From Leptonemataceae bacterium (lineage in GTDB: Bacteria > Spirochaetota > Leptospiria > Leptospirales > Leptonemataceae), in contig OZ253574.1 of the NCBI GenBank assembly GCA_965262995.1, positions 994,513-1,058,512 of the forward strand: a stretch of 64,000 nt of DNA. The letters run 5' to 3'. Each line of letters begins with the position of its first letter. Within the stretch, counting starts at the first letter, position 1. The translations under genes and the position numbers were made by a program. This document shows positions 1-8,788 of this stretch, piece by piece. The notes beneath the pieces are model-generated. The model was not told the origin of the DNA, did no database searches, and saw only the letters and a list, made by a program, of their open reading frames with translations.

Positions 1-611
1 GGAGTGGCAGGTGTCGCTGCCCCTGGTGTCGCCGCTTCTACAGGAGCAACCCTTGCATATGCCACTTTTAAGATAATAGGATTTCCTTGAATAACCACAT
101 CCCATTCTGAAGGAAGATTTAAATCTCCCAAACGAATAGCTTGGCCCAATTCAAGATTTGTAACATCAACATCTACAACTTCTTTTAAAGCTTCGGGAAC
201 TGTTTTTACTCTAAGTTTATGTATAAACTGCTCAAGTATTCCGCCTGATTTTACCCCCTTAGCCAAACCATTAGGAACAACGCCCACTGTTACCAAAAGA
301 CGTTTACCTTTTGTTAGCTGATAAAAATCTATATGCTGTATACGATTAGTTACAGGATGGCGTTGTATCTCTTTAACCACTACTTGCTTACCCGCTGCAG
401 AGCTTTCCCCTTCCATGCTAAGCACGCTACTGTTTCTCAAACCTGATTTAATCAACATTTCAATGTCTTTTTCTGCAAACTGAACTAAAGCAGATTTTCC
501 ACCTGCAATTATATTTCCAGGAAGCATTCCTGAACGACGTAACCGCCCCGCATGATTCTTTCCTTTTAGTTCTTCCGAACGGTTTTTAACATTTAAGTTA
601 TAATTTTTCAT
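1..611 (-). CDS. rplY: 50S ribosomal protein L25 / general stress protein Ctc (N-terminal part; C-terminus runs off the left window edge)
   Basis: Absent from the ORF track because it is open at the window edge. Minus-strand ATG at 611..609 follows GAGGAG. Translation MKNYNLNVKNRSEELKGKNHAGRLRRSGMLPGNI... fits the L25/Ctc N-terminus. The frame stays open to position 1 with an Ala/Pro-rich tail. It lies downstream of prs, as in the conserved prs-ctc cluster. Confidence 0.75.
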   Translation of the reverse strand, partial: MKNYNLNVKNRSEELKGKNHAGRLRRSGMLPGNIIAGGKSALVQFAEKDIEMLIKSGLRNSSVLSMEGESSAAGKQVVVKEIQRHPVTNRIQHIDFYQLTKGKRLLVTVGVVPNGLAKGVKSGGILEQFIHKLRVKTVPEALKEVVDVDVTNLELGQAIRLGDLNLPSEWDVVIQGNPIILKVAYARVAPVEAATPGAATPAT

Positions 612-641
612 ATTTTCTCCTCAATTTTTTTCTCTTTAACT

Positions 642-1595
642 TTATAGAAATAAAGAACTCACTGATTTTTCATTATGGATACGTGAAATTGCCTCACCTA
701 TCATATTTCCTACAGATAAAACTTTTAGTTTTGATATTTTTTTATTATCTGATAACATAATTGTATTTGAAACTATAATCTCATCCAAACAAGACTTTTC
801 GAGGCGTTCAACAGCTAATCCTGAAAGTACAGCATGTGTTGCACATACAAGAATCTTTTTGGCCTTTGATTTTTTTAAGGCAACAGCAGCATTCGTAATC
901 GTCCCGCCAGTATCAATAATATCATCATAAAGTATACAAGTCTTATCCTCGACATCACCTATCACATTCATTACCTCTGAAACATTAGCTTGAGGCCTTC
1001 TCTTATCTATAATGGCAAGATTTAAATTAAGATGTCTCGCCAAAAATCTCGCTCGTTCAGCACCACCCGAATCTGGAGCAACTACAACCACATTCGTTGT
1101 ATATTTAGCTTTTATATAATCCACAAAAACAGGGGCAGCATAAAGATGGTCTACTGGAATATGAAAAAAACCTTGAATTTGATCTGCATGTAAATCCATA
1201 CAAAGAAGGCGATTAGGACGAACTGCTTCTATAAGGTCAGCGACTACCCTAGCTGAAATAGGTACACGAGGCTCACTTTTTCTATCTTGTCTAGCATACC
1301 CATAATAAGGAATAACAACTGTAATTCTCGCTGCAGAAGCACGTCGAGCTGCATCTATCATTAAAAGTAATTGTACGAGATTATCGTTGGAGGGAGAGGC
1401 CATTGATTGAATAAGAAAGACATCACAACCTCTCGTCGTTTCTTCAAATTTAATAAGCATCTCTCCGTCTGAAAAACGTTTGGTTGTCATTTTACCCAAA
1501 GGCATATTTAGATAAGAACAAATCTCTTCAGATAAAGGAAGATTCGAATCTCCGGAAAAAACTAAAGGTTGGTACGACATATTTTTTATCTGCAA
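642..1595 (-). CDS. prs: ribose-phosphate pyrophosphokinase (PRPP synthetase)
   Basis: 317 aa with 'VVIPYYGYARQDRK' and the PRPP-binding loop 'ILYDDIIDTGGT'. Confidence 0.95.
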   Translation of the reverse strand: MQIKNMSYQPLVFSGDSNLPLSEEICSYLNMPLGKMTTKRFSDGEMLIKFEETTRGCDVFLIQSMASPSNDNLVQLLLMIDAARRASAARITVVIPYYGYARQDRKSEPRVPISARVVADLIEAVRPNRLLCMDLHADQIQGFFHIPVDHLYAAPVFVDYIKAKYTTNVVVVAPDSGGAERARFLARHLNLNLAIIDKRRPQANVSEVMNVIGDVEDKTCILYDDIIDTGGTITNAAVALKKSKAKKILVCATHAVLSGLAVERLEKSCLDEIIVSNTIMLSDNKKISKLKVLSVGNMIGEAISRIHNEKSVSSLFL

Positions 1596-1611
1596 TGTAA
1601 ACTTTACAGAG

Positions 1612-2442
1612 CTACTTCATACTTCCTATCTTTTGTTTTTTTAGGGATACATTAGAACGTGAAAACAAAGCTTCTATTTCGCTAAGCTCCAAAGGCGTAT
1701 TTACGCCACGTGCTTCTAAATTATCTTTTAAGGCAAAGCTAGAAACCTTATAATTATATTTAAGAGCGATGGCAATCATGTCGGGGAGATAATACTCTCC
1801 TTGCATGTTTTCTGCACCAATTTGCTTTAACAGAGGAAAGGCCCTTTGATTATGAAAAACATAAGTACCTGTATTAATTTCTTTTAGGGCTTTTTCATCT
1901 AGACTTGCATCTCTTTCTTCAACAATCTTATAAATAGCCCCCTCGTCATTTTTTACAATACGACCATAACCCGTTGGATTTTCTACGTAAGCGGTTAAAA
2001 CGGTAATTGTATTTTTGTTTAATAAATGATACTTAAGGAGCTTTTTAAATGTTTGAGCACGAAGCATAGGCATATCTCCCGCCACAACAACGAAGTGCTC
2101 TGAAACCTTGGTTTTTACGATGGAGACAGGTTTAAGTCTTTCCTCTGCACACAAAACCGCATGTCCCGTACCTAATTGTTCTTCTTGAAATATAAATTCA
2201 CATTTTTTATATAATGTCTTCTCGTACACCTTTTCTATTTGAGACTGTATTAGCTCTTTCTTATAGCCAACTATAATAATAAAGCGATTACAACCTGCTT
2301 TATCTAAATTTTCTATAACATGAAAAAGTAAGGGTTTGCCCTTTAGAGGGACAAGGACCTTAGGCATTTCCAAGCCCATTCGAGTACCTTTACCAGCTGC
2401 CAAGATAACAGCTGTAAAATTATCTGATTTTTTTTTATTCAT
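1612..2442 (-). CDS. GlmU-like sugar-1-phosphate nucleotidyltransferase (uridyltransferase domain only)
   Basis: 276 aa with 'ILAAGKGTRM', 'QEEQLGTGHAV' and 'GEYYLPDMI', matching the GlmU N-terminal domain. The ORF ends where the left-handed beta-helix acetyltransferase domain of full-length GlmU would start. Confidence 0.8.
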   Translation of the reverse strand: MNKKKSDNFTAVILAAGKGTRMGLEMPKVLVPLKGKPLLFHVIENLDKAGCNRFIIIVGYKKELIQSQIEKVYEKTLYKKCEFIFQEEQLGTGHAVLCAEERLKPVSIVKTKVSEHFVVVAGDMPMLRAQTFKKLLKYHLLNKNTITVLTAYVENPTGYGRIVKNDEGAIYKIVEERDASLDEKALKEINTGTYVFHNQRAFPLLKQIGAENMQGEYYLPDMIAIALKYNYKVSSFALKDNLEARGVNTPLELSEIEALFSRSNVSLKKQKIGSMK

Positions 2443-2481
2443 AATCTGAAGGTTTATTTACTATATGCAAAGAAAAGATAT

Positions 2482-2556
2482 TGGCTGGGCCGGGAGGATT
2501 CGAACCTACGGATGGTGGGACCAAAACCCACTGCCTTACCACTTGGCGACGGCCCA
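2482..2556 (-). tRNA. tRNA-Gln (anticodon UUG), CCA encoded
   Basis: Minus-strand cloverleaf: acceptor TGGGCCG/CGGCCCA, D-arm GCCAAGTGGTAAGGC, anticodon stem GTGGG/CCCAC with loop TTTTGGT (UUG), T-arm GGTTCGAATCC. Close to the E. coli tRNA-Gln pattern. Confidence 0.9.
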
Positions 2557-2598
2557 GTATATCCAAAAAAACATAAGCCAAATACCCATGAAATATTA

Positions 2599-3534
2599 TT
2601 AAAAACTACCCTCAAAAGTAAAGGGCACAATTTGAAATTTAGGATAAGCTGTTTGAAATATTTCACAAATTTTCCTTTGGCTATTCTCAGAGGCAACAAG
2701 AGCAAATAGAGCTGAGCCTGAACCCGACATCTGAACATACAGTACATCCTCCTTGCTTAACTCATTGCTTAAACTCTCTAATTCGCTATAAAGAGGAAAA
2801 ATAACTTTCTCAAAATCGTTCTGCAAATGTAATCCAAGCCTCCCCCAATTTCCTTGCTTAAGGGTATTTTGCAAGACTCGATTCGCTGAATACAAAAAAT
2901 TTTTAAATGGACTAAGGTGTAAACCTCTTTTTAATAATTCAAAGGCTTGTCGGGTATTTATATGTAAGCCAGTAAGGATAAGCACACCTAGACCCTGGGC
3001 TATTTTTAACTTTTTTCTTTTCTCTCCTATGCTATAAATTACACTAGGGGCAGGTTCTAAAAAAAATGGCACATCTGCCCCAAGCTCTATGGCAATTTTT
3101 AATAGTTGCTTTTTACTAAAGTCTGAACCCAATAATTTCTGCTTATAGAAATAAGACAAAAGCACGCCTGCATTTGAGCTACCGCCTCCTAGCCCTGAAC
3201 CAAGGGGTATATGCTTGATAAGCTTAATAAAAAAAGATTTTTCACGAAAGGGTTTTGTTTTTTTCAAAACATGCCAAATAAGATTATTTTCTTGCTTATT
3301 TTCTTTTATCAATTCATCAAATGCACTACGGCCATCCTCAAGGGCAATACGGTTTTCACAAACAAGCTGATCTCTCAAACCTTCCTTTACTTCAATAAAA
3401 TCACCAAAACTAATAGGAACAAAAATGCTAAAAATATTATGATAACCGTCACTAAAACGTTTACCTAAAACTTTAAGACCTATATTTATCTTTGCTGGGG
3501 AGTGTAACAACATGCTCAAAGAATAAGAAAACAA
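2599..3534 (-). CDS. ispE: 4-diphosphocytidyl-2-C-methyl-D-erythritol kinase
   Basis: 'PAKINIGLKV' N-terminus and GHMP-kinase loop 'PLGSGLGGGSSNA'. The true start may be an internal Met. Confidence 0.9.
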   Translation of the reverse strand: MFSYSLSMLLHSPAKINIGLKVLGKRFSDGYHNIFSIFVPISFGDFIEVKEGLRDQLVCENRIALEDGRSAFDELIKENKQENNLIWHVLKKTKPFREKSFFIKLIKHIPLGSGLGGGSSNAGVLLSYFYKQKLLGSDFSKKQLLKIAIELGADVPFFLEPAPSVIYSIGEKRKKLKIAQGLGVLILTGLHINTRQAFELLKRGLHLSPFKNFLYSANRVLQNTLKQGNWGRLGLHLQNDFEKVIFPLYSELESLSNELSKEDVLYVQMSGSGSALFALVASENSQRKICEIFQTAYPKFQIVPFTFEGSF

Positions 3535-3638
3535 AATTAAAATAACTCTAATTTCCCTCTAATCCGTTTCATTTCACGACTACCCTTCCTCTAAATCGAA
3601 TAGGTACAACATTTTTTGATTTATGCCCAATACAGGCC

Positions 3639-3941
3639 TTAGGGAAGCTCTATTTCGTTAAACCCTTCTTCAGGCATATCTTGGTAATTAAAGTTTTCAC
3701 AGTCCTCATCGCTAAAGAGGCCTGATACGCAAATTCCACAATAAGATTGTATTTCATCATATTTTTGCTTCCTAAGATGTTCCCACAATTCTTGTTCGTT
3801 TTCAAACTTCCCAAGATTTTTTGTTTCTTCAAACTCTATACCGCAAACTGTTTCAGCGTGAAATTCTTCTGTTTCAACATGAATATTTTTTGAGAAATTA
3901 GAATCGAGTATTTGAATTAAATTTAAAGCGTATTTTTCCAT
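3639..3941 (-). CDS. hypothetical small acidic protein
   Basis: 100-aa ORF with no recognisable motif. Coding status inferred only from ORF length in an otherwise empty gap. Confidence 0.4.
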   Translation of the reverse strand: MEKYALNLIQILDSNFSKNIHVETEEFHAETVCGIEFEETKNLGKFENEQELWEHLRKQKYDEIQSYCGICVSGLFSDEDCENFNYQDMPEEGFNEIELP

Positions 3942-4218
3942 AAAAGATATACTACTAAGATTTAGAGCTTAATATGAGCTATAAAAAAACTTCTATAATT
4001 TACAGAGCAAGATTTTCACAAAATAGGCAAATTTACTGCTTGTTAAATTTATGCGTCAATCAAACACTGCATTTGAACTATTTTTCTTCAACTTGAGAGA
4101 CAGTGAAAACTTTGAATGAATGTCTTTAGTAGTACAAAGAAATGTTTTTTGATAAGCTGAGCCTAAGAGTTAGAAAAAGATTTTAGTTCAAAATTTAAAA
4201 TTGATAGGTGAATATTAG

Positions 4219-4641
4219 ATGAATAAAAAATTGTATGTTGGTGGGCTTGCTTGGGCTACTAAAGATGATGCTCTTTTGGCACACTTCCAAAAAGCAGGAG
4301 AGGTTGTTTCAGCTCACGTTGTAACCGAAAGAGAATCAAATCGCTCTAGAGGATTTGCCTTTGTAGAAATGGCGGATGAACAAGGTGCTGAAAAAGCAAT
4401 TCAAGAACTGAATAATTCTACCCTAGACGGGCGTGAACTAACTGTAAATGAAGCTCGCCCTGAAGGTGAACGCTCCTCAGGTGGTGGACGCGGTGGATTC
4501 GGCGGAGGAGGGGGCAATAGGAGCGGTGGTGGTGGACGCGGTGGATTCGGCGGCGGTGGCGGAGGCCATAGAGGCGGTGGCGGAGGCCATAGAGGCGGTG
4601 GTGGTGGACGCGGTGGTTTCGGCGGTGGTGGACGCGGATAA
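4219..4641 (+). CDS. RRM-type RNA-binding protein with Gly/Arg-rich (RGG) tail
   Basis: RNP-2 'LYVGGL' and RNP-1 'RGFAFVEM' motifs, followed by a ~55-aa GGGRGGFGGGG repeat tail. SD-like 'taggtgaa' lies upstream. Confidence 0.9.
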   Translation: MNKKLYVGGLAWATKDDALLAHFQKAGEVVSAHVVTERESNRSRGFAFVEMADEQGAEKAIQELNNSTLDGRELTVNEARPEGERSSGGGRGGFGGGGGNRSGGGGRGGFGGGGGGHRGGGGGHRGGGGGRGGFGGGGRG

Positions 4642-4677
4642 TCCTTAATATACCGTAATCAATAACTCAAGTTTTAA

Positions 4678-4712
4678 CCCTACCTTTTTTCTTCTAATAG
4701 AATAAGGTAGGG
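4678..4712. terminator. hairpin between the convergent RRM gene and pnp (possible bidirectional terminator)
   Basis: CCCTACCTT (4678-4686) pairs with AAGGTAGGG (4704-4712) around a 17-nt loop. T-rich sequence flanks it. Confidence 0.45.
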
Positions 4713-4787
4713 CTTATATTTATCTCTTTAATCTTTCAAGATTTAGACACACAACTTACATGGCTTATGCAACAAGCCTATATTCTT

Positions 4788-7316
4788 TTAATCTATATCT
4801 GGCTTTCCTCTATCTCTACCAATAAATAAACGGCGACGTAAGCGTTTTTCAAATGACTCTTTTTTATTCCCATCTTGGTCAGAAGGTGGTATTTTTTCTC
4901 TATTGTAATTTATATCTCGCGAAGGGCCACGGCTAGAAAAGTCACGATCTTGTCTTTGATTTTGATCTCTGCCTCCGCCTCCCCTGTAATTAGAACGAGG
5001 TCTATCGCCCGAACTTCTATATCCGCCACCGCCACCTTCTCTCGGGCCTCTATTGTAATTTCCATCTCTTGGGCTACTTCTGTTAGCCCCATCAGAAAAG
5101 CCACCGCCCCTGTTTCCTCTATTACCGCCACTAGGCCTGTCTCCTCTGCCAGAAGGTCTTCCAGAACTTACATTATCTGGATTAACGTCTCTATGGCATA
5201 AGTCTATTCTACCCATCTTATCTATACCTAAAACCTTAACGGGAATATGATCTCCTTCCTTGTAAACCTCACTCACATTTTCTATACGCTCATTGGCCAT
5301 TTTTGAAACATGCAATAATCCTTCCTTACCTGGTAACAACTCTACAAAGGCACCAAAATCTACTATACGTACAACCTTTGCGTCAAAGCTTTCTCCTACT
5401 TTTATTTCACGGAAAAGATCGTCTATAATTTGCTTTGCTTTGAGATTTGCTTCTGACGAGGTTGACGATATTGTCACAGTTCCATCATCTTCAACATTAA
5501 CTTCAGCACCACTTTTTTCTATAATATCGCGTATAACTTTACCGCCAGGGCCTATCAATTCACCTATGCGAGATTGTTCTATTTTAAGACTTGTGATACG
5601 AGGTGCTCCTTCAGGTATAGATTCACGAGCTATTGAACATACCTTATCCATTTCAGATAAAATATGCAGACGACCCTGCTTCGCTTGCTCAAGTGCCACT
5701 TTCAATGTTTGAATAGCAATACCCTTAAGTTTTAAGTCTAATTGAAAAGCTGTAATTCCATTTTTAGTACCTGCAATCTTCAAATCCATGTCTCCGAAAT
5801 GGTCTTCAAGACCTGCAATATCAGAAAGTATTGCAAAATCAGATTTATCATTGCTCATCATTCCCATAGCAATTCCCGCCACTGCTTCTTTTACGGGAAC
5901 CCCCGAGGCCATCATAGCTAGAGAACCAGAACATACAGAAGCCATAGAGGAGGAGCCATTAGATTCCAATATTTCCGACACCACACGTATCACGTAAGGA
6001 AACTTTTCTTGATCAGGCAAGACCGCTTTTAATGCTCTCCATGCTAAATTCCCATGCCCTATCTCTCGCCTACCTGGTCCCATTTGTCTTTTCACCTCGC
6101 CTGTAGAAAAGGGAGGAAAATTATAATGCAACATGAAGTTTTTATGTTTCTGACCGTCTAGACTGTCATAACGTTGATTATCTAATTTAGTACCAAGGGT
6201 AACCACACCCAAAGACTGGGTTTGGCCACGAGTAAAAATAGCTGAACCATGAGCTCCAGGAAGAACATCTAATTCACCACTAATCTCACGTATTTCATCT
6301 GTTTTGCGACCATCGTAACGTAACCCTTTTTCAAAAATTTGTGCTCGAACAACCATGTACTCAATAGTATGAACTTCTTCTTTTACAAATCGTAGCTTTA
6401 ATTTAATCTCTTCACTTTCAACGCCCGAACTTTTAAGCTTTTCTTCAAAGTGCAAGAGCACCTCTTTATTAATCGCCTTTATTTTATTTTCACGCTCTAA
6501 TTTGTTTTTAGTTTGATTTGCTTCCTCTATTTTCTTGTACGAATACGTATGTATTTCTTTAATAAAGTTTGGGTCAGGCAAACGAAGAGAGACTTCTCTT
6601 TTTGCAATATTAAGGGCCTTAGCTAAGTTATTTTGAATTTCTAGCTTATGCTTTATCGCCTTATGCGCAAATTCAAGGGCAGCTATCATTTCTTCATCTT
6701 TATACTCGTTTGCACTACCCTCAATCATTGTTATGGCATCTTGGGAACCTGCCACCAAAAGGTCTAAGTCGCTTTTTTCTCGAGTTAGCACATCAGGATC
6801 AGCAATAAATTTTCCATCAACCCTTGCGACCAAAACACCTGCAATAGGACCACTCCAAGGAATATCAGAAGCCATTAAGGCAGCGGAGGCCGCGGTAATG
6901 GCATGGCCATCAATAGATTGCTTAGGATCATATGAAAGCACGGTAACAAGCAATTGAACCTCACAGAAATATCCTTCAGGGAAAAGGGGCCTACATGGTC
7001 TATCAATCAATCGAGACATAAGAGTTTCATGTTCTGCGGGTCTATTTTCTCTTTTGAAATAACCGCCTGGTATACGTCCTGCAGCATAAAACTTTTCCCT
7101 GTAATCAACTGTTAGCGGGAAAAAACCTTGATCAGGCTTTGCTTCTTTTTCTGCACAAACTGTAGCTAAAATTACAAGGCTACCAGATCTATATACTATA
7201 GCCCCATCTGCTTGCTTTGCCCATGCACCTGATTCAATAATAATTTCTTGTTCAATCTCTTGGTTCTGAGATTTTATTTTTTCTATAACTTTTGACATAT
7301 CTATTTTACTCCGCAC
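4788..7316 (-). CDS. pnp: polyribonucleotide nucleotidyltransferase (PNPase) with long RGG-rich C-terminal extension
   Basis: 842 aa with two RNase PH domains, a KH domain ('IGPGGKVIRDI') and an S1 domain ('GAFVELLPGKEGLLHVS'). It lies directly downstream of rpsO. About 130 extra low-complexity residues follow S1. Confidence 0.95.
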   Translation of the reverse strand: MRSKIDMSKVIEKIKSQNQEIEQEIIIESGAWAKQADGAIVYRSGSLVILATVCAEKEAKPDQGFFPLTVDYREKFYAAGRIPGGYFKRENRPAEHETLMSRLIDRPCRPLFPEGYFCEVQLLVTVLSYDPKQSIDGHAITAASAALMASDIPWSGPIAGVLVARVDGKFIADPDVLTREKSDLDLLVAGSQDAITMIEGSANEYKDEEMIAALEFAHKAIKHKLEIQNNLAKALNIAKREVSLRLPDPNFIKEIHTYSYKKIEEANQTKNKLERENKIKAINKEVLLHFEEKLKSSGVESEEIKLKLRFVKEEVHTIEYMVVRAQIFEKGLRYDGRKTDEIREISGELDVLPGAHGSAIFTRGQTQSLGVVTLGTKLDNQRYDSLDGQKHKNFMLHYNFPPFSTGEVKRQMGPGRREIGHGNLAWRALKAVLPDQEKFPYVIRVVSEILESNGSSSMASVCSGSLAMMASGVPVKEAVAGIAMGMMSNDKSDFAILSDIAGLEDHFGDMDLKIAGTKNGITAFQLDLKLKGIAIQTLKVALEQAKQGRLHILSEMDKVCSIARESIPEGAPRITSLKIEQSRIGELIGPGGKVIRDIIEKSGAEVNVEDDGTVTISSTSSEANLKAKQIIDDLFREIKVGESFDAKVVRIVDFGAFVELLPGKEGLLHVSKMANERIENVSEVYKEGDHIPVKVLGIDKMGRIDLCHRDVNPDNVSSGRPSGRGDRPSGGNRGNRGGGFSDGANRSSPRDGNYNRGPREGGGGGYRSSGDRPRSNYRGGGGRDQNQRQDRDFSSRGPSRDINYNREKIPPSDQDGNKKESFEKRLRRRLFIGRDRGKPDID

Positions 7317-7483
7317 TATATTTGTTGTCTAAAAAACATCTATAAGTTTATTTTTAGAATTAAAAAAAGAAGTTTCTGAAATAATATCTTCGCAATCCCA
7401 AACGAGACGAGACAAGATAAAAGCATTTTATTAGGCCTATAAAGGAAAAAATTCCTAAAACGCCTTAAACTTAAAATGAGAAA

Positions 7484-7750
7484 CTACTTTCGTATATTCA
7501 AACTTTCTATTAAACTTTTATATTTTCCCAAGTCTGTTTTTTTCAAATACTCAAGTAGCCTACGCCTTTGACCTACTAGTTTTAACAAACCGCGACGTGA
7601 GTGGTGATCTCGTGTGTTTGTTTTGAAATGATTTGTCAGTAAATCTATTCTACTCGTTAAAAGAGCGACCTGGACGCTAGTAGAACCCGTATCCTTGCTC
7701 CCTGACCCAAAGGTTTCTATCAGTTTTACTTTTCCTTGTTTTGTAAGCAT
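7484..7750 (-). CDS. rpsO: 30S ribosomal protein S15
   Basis: 88 aa with 'DHHSRRGLLKLVGQRRRLLEYL'. Classic rpsO-pnp pairing. Confidence 0.95.
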   Translation of the reverse strand: MLTKQGKVKLIETFGSGSKDTGSTSVQVALLTSRIDLLTNHFKTNTRDHHSRRGLLKLVGQRRRLLEYLKKTDLGKYKSLIESLNIRK

Positions 7751-8137
7751 TTTTTTATTCTATAAATCAAATTAGTGTGACTATAATTCTAACCGCTTTT
7801 GTTATGTATAGCAATTTATAAGAATAAAACAACCTAAAGTGGGCTACTTTTCTTTATTAAAAAAAGTACCCTAATGAGTTGGTTATGTCTACGGTTTGTA
7901 TATTTATAAGAATAAAAGTAAACCAATTTATAGAAAATAGCTAGTGCTTGCTTAGATGAATGTTATTCATTTATAGAATATGAATAAATAATATTCACAA
8001 GATTAAATTTTTTATAATCAGTGCAACTATCTTCTTCATAGAAACCATCATAAAGTAATGGATAAAGTAATTAAAGCAAATACATTTTTTGTTGGATATA
8101 AAATGTAAAATTACTTTATCCAATAAAGGAGATACAA

Positions 8138-8485
8138 ATGACAAATCTAGCGCATATAGTTTTAGACGGCAATTTAACAGCTGATCCTGAAACTAAAAAA
8201 ACACCCACAAATAAAGTTGTTACAATATTTAAGGTAGCAGCTAATCATGAGTGGGGTGGAAAAGATGGAAACAAATCTGTAAGTTATGTTCCAGTAGAAT
8301 GCTGGGATAAACTTGCAGAAAATTGTGGCCAATATTTACACAAAGGTAGCAAGGTCACTGTGCAAGGGGACTTGCGTGAAGACCGTTGGACAGACGACGA
8401 AGGCAAGAAACGTAGTCGATTGAAAGTTGTGGCACGTAATGTACGTTTTGACAGCTTCGCGAAAACAGATAAAGAAAAAAAATAG
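8138..8485 (+). CDS. ssb: single-stranded DNA-binding protein, OB-fold only (no acidic C-terminal tip)
   Basis: 115 aa; 'NLAHIVLDGNLTADPE...VPVECWDKLAENCGQYLHKGSKVTVQGDLRED(R)W' is the SSB OB-fold pattern. It ends ...FAKTDKEKK rather than D-D-D-I-P-F. Strong SD AAAGGAG. Confidence 0.8.
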   Translation: MTNLAHIVLDGNLTADPETKKTPTNKVVTIFKVAANHEWGGKDGNKSVSYVPVECWDKLAENCGQYLHKGSKVTVQGDLREDRWTDDEGKKRSRLKVVARNVRFDSFAKTDKEKK

Positions 8486-8548
8486 ATTAAGATGTAAAAA
8501 ATAATATATTCTCTTTATTCATCCAGTAAGGGAATGTCAAAATTAAGT

Positions 8549-8583
8549 GGGCAAATGCTTTATGTGTTTGCCCTATTTTTTTC
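8549..8583 (+). terminator. rho-independent terminator of ssb
   Basis: GGGCAAA (8549-8555) pairs with TTTGCCC (8567-8573), followed by TATTTTTTT. Confidence 0.7.
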
Positions 8584-8788
8584 TTCAAGTTCTTGCTTTA
8601 TATAAAGCATCTTACTAAAAGACAAATATATGTGTTCGTAAAAATAAATATAAAAACACCTTTCTATTATTCTGACAATATTCTGAAGTAATCCCTTATG
8701 ACAAAGTTTTTTAAAAAGATAATTCTCAAACACAGAATGTTCTTTGATTTTAAATTCAAAGTTTATAGTTAAATTTTAGCCTTGAAAT

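Noticed and set aside
2454-2747. ORFs 2454..2747(-) and 2512..2709(+)
   Set aside because: They overlap tRNA-Gln and the 3' end of ispE, and they have no coding features.
4448-4648. 66-aa ORF in an alternative frame of the RGG tail of the RRM gene
   Set aside because: It is a shadow frame of GC-rich GGN repeats, giving an Ala/Val-rich artefact. The RRM frame is continuous with RNP motifs.
4875-6957. Several ORFs antisense to or out of frame within pnp (4875..5201, 4910..5131, 5293..5712, 5788..5997, 6733..6957)
   Set aside because: They lie entirely within the well-supported PNPase CDS and give Ser/Ile-rich nonsense typical of antisense frames.
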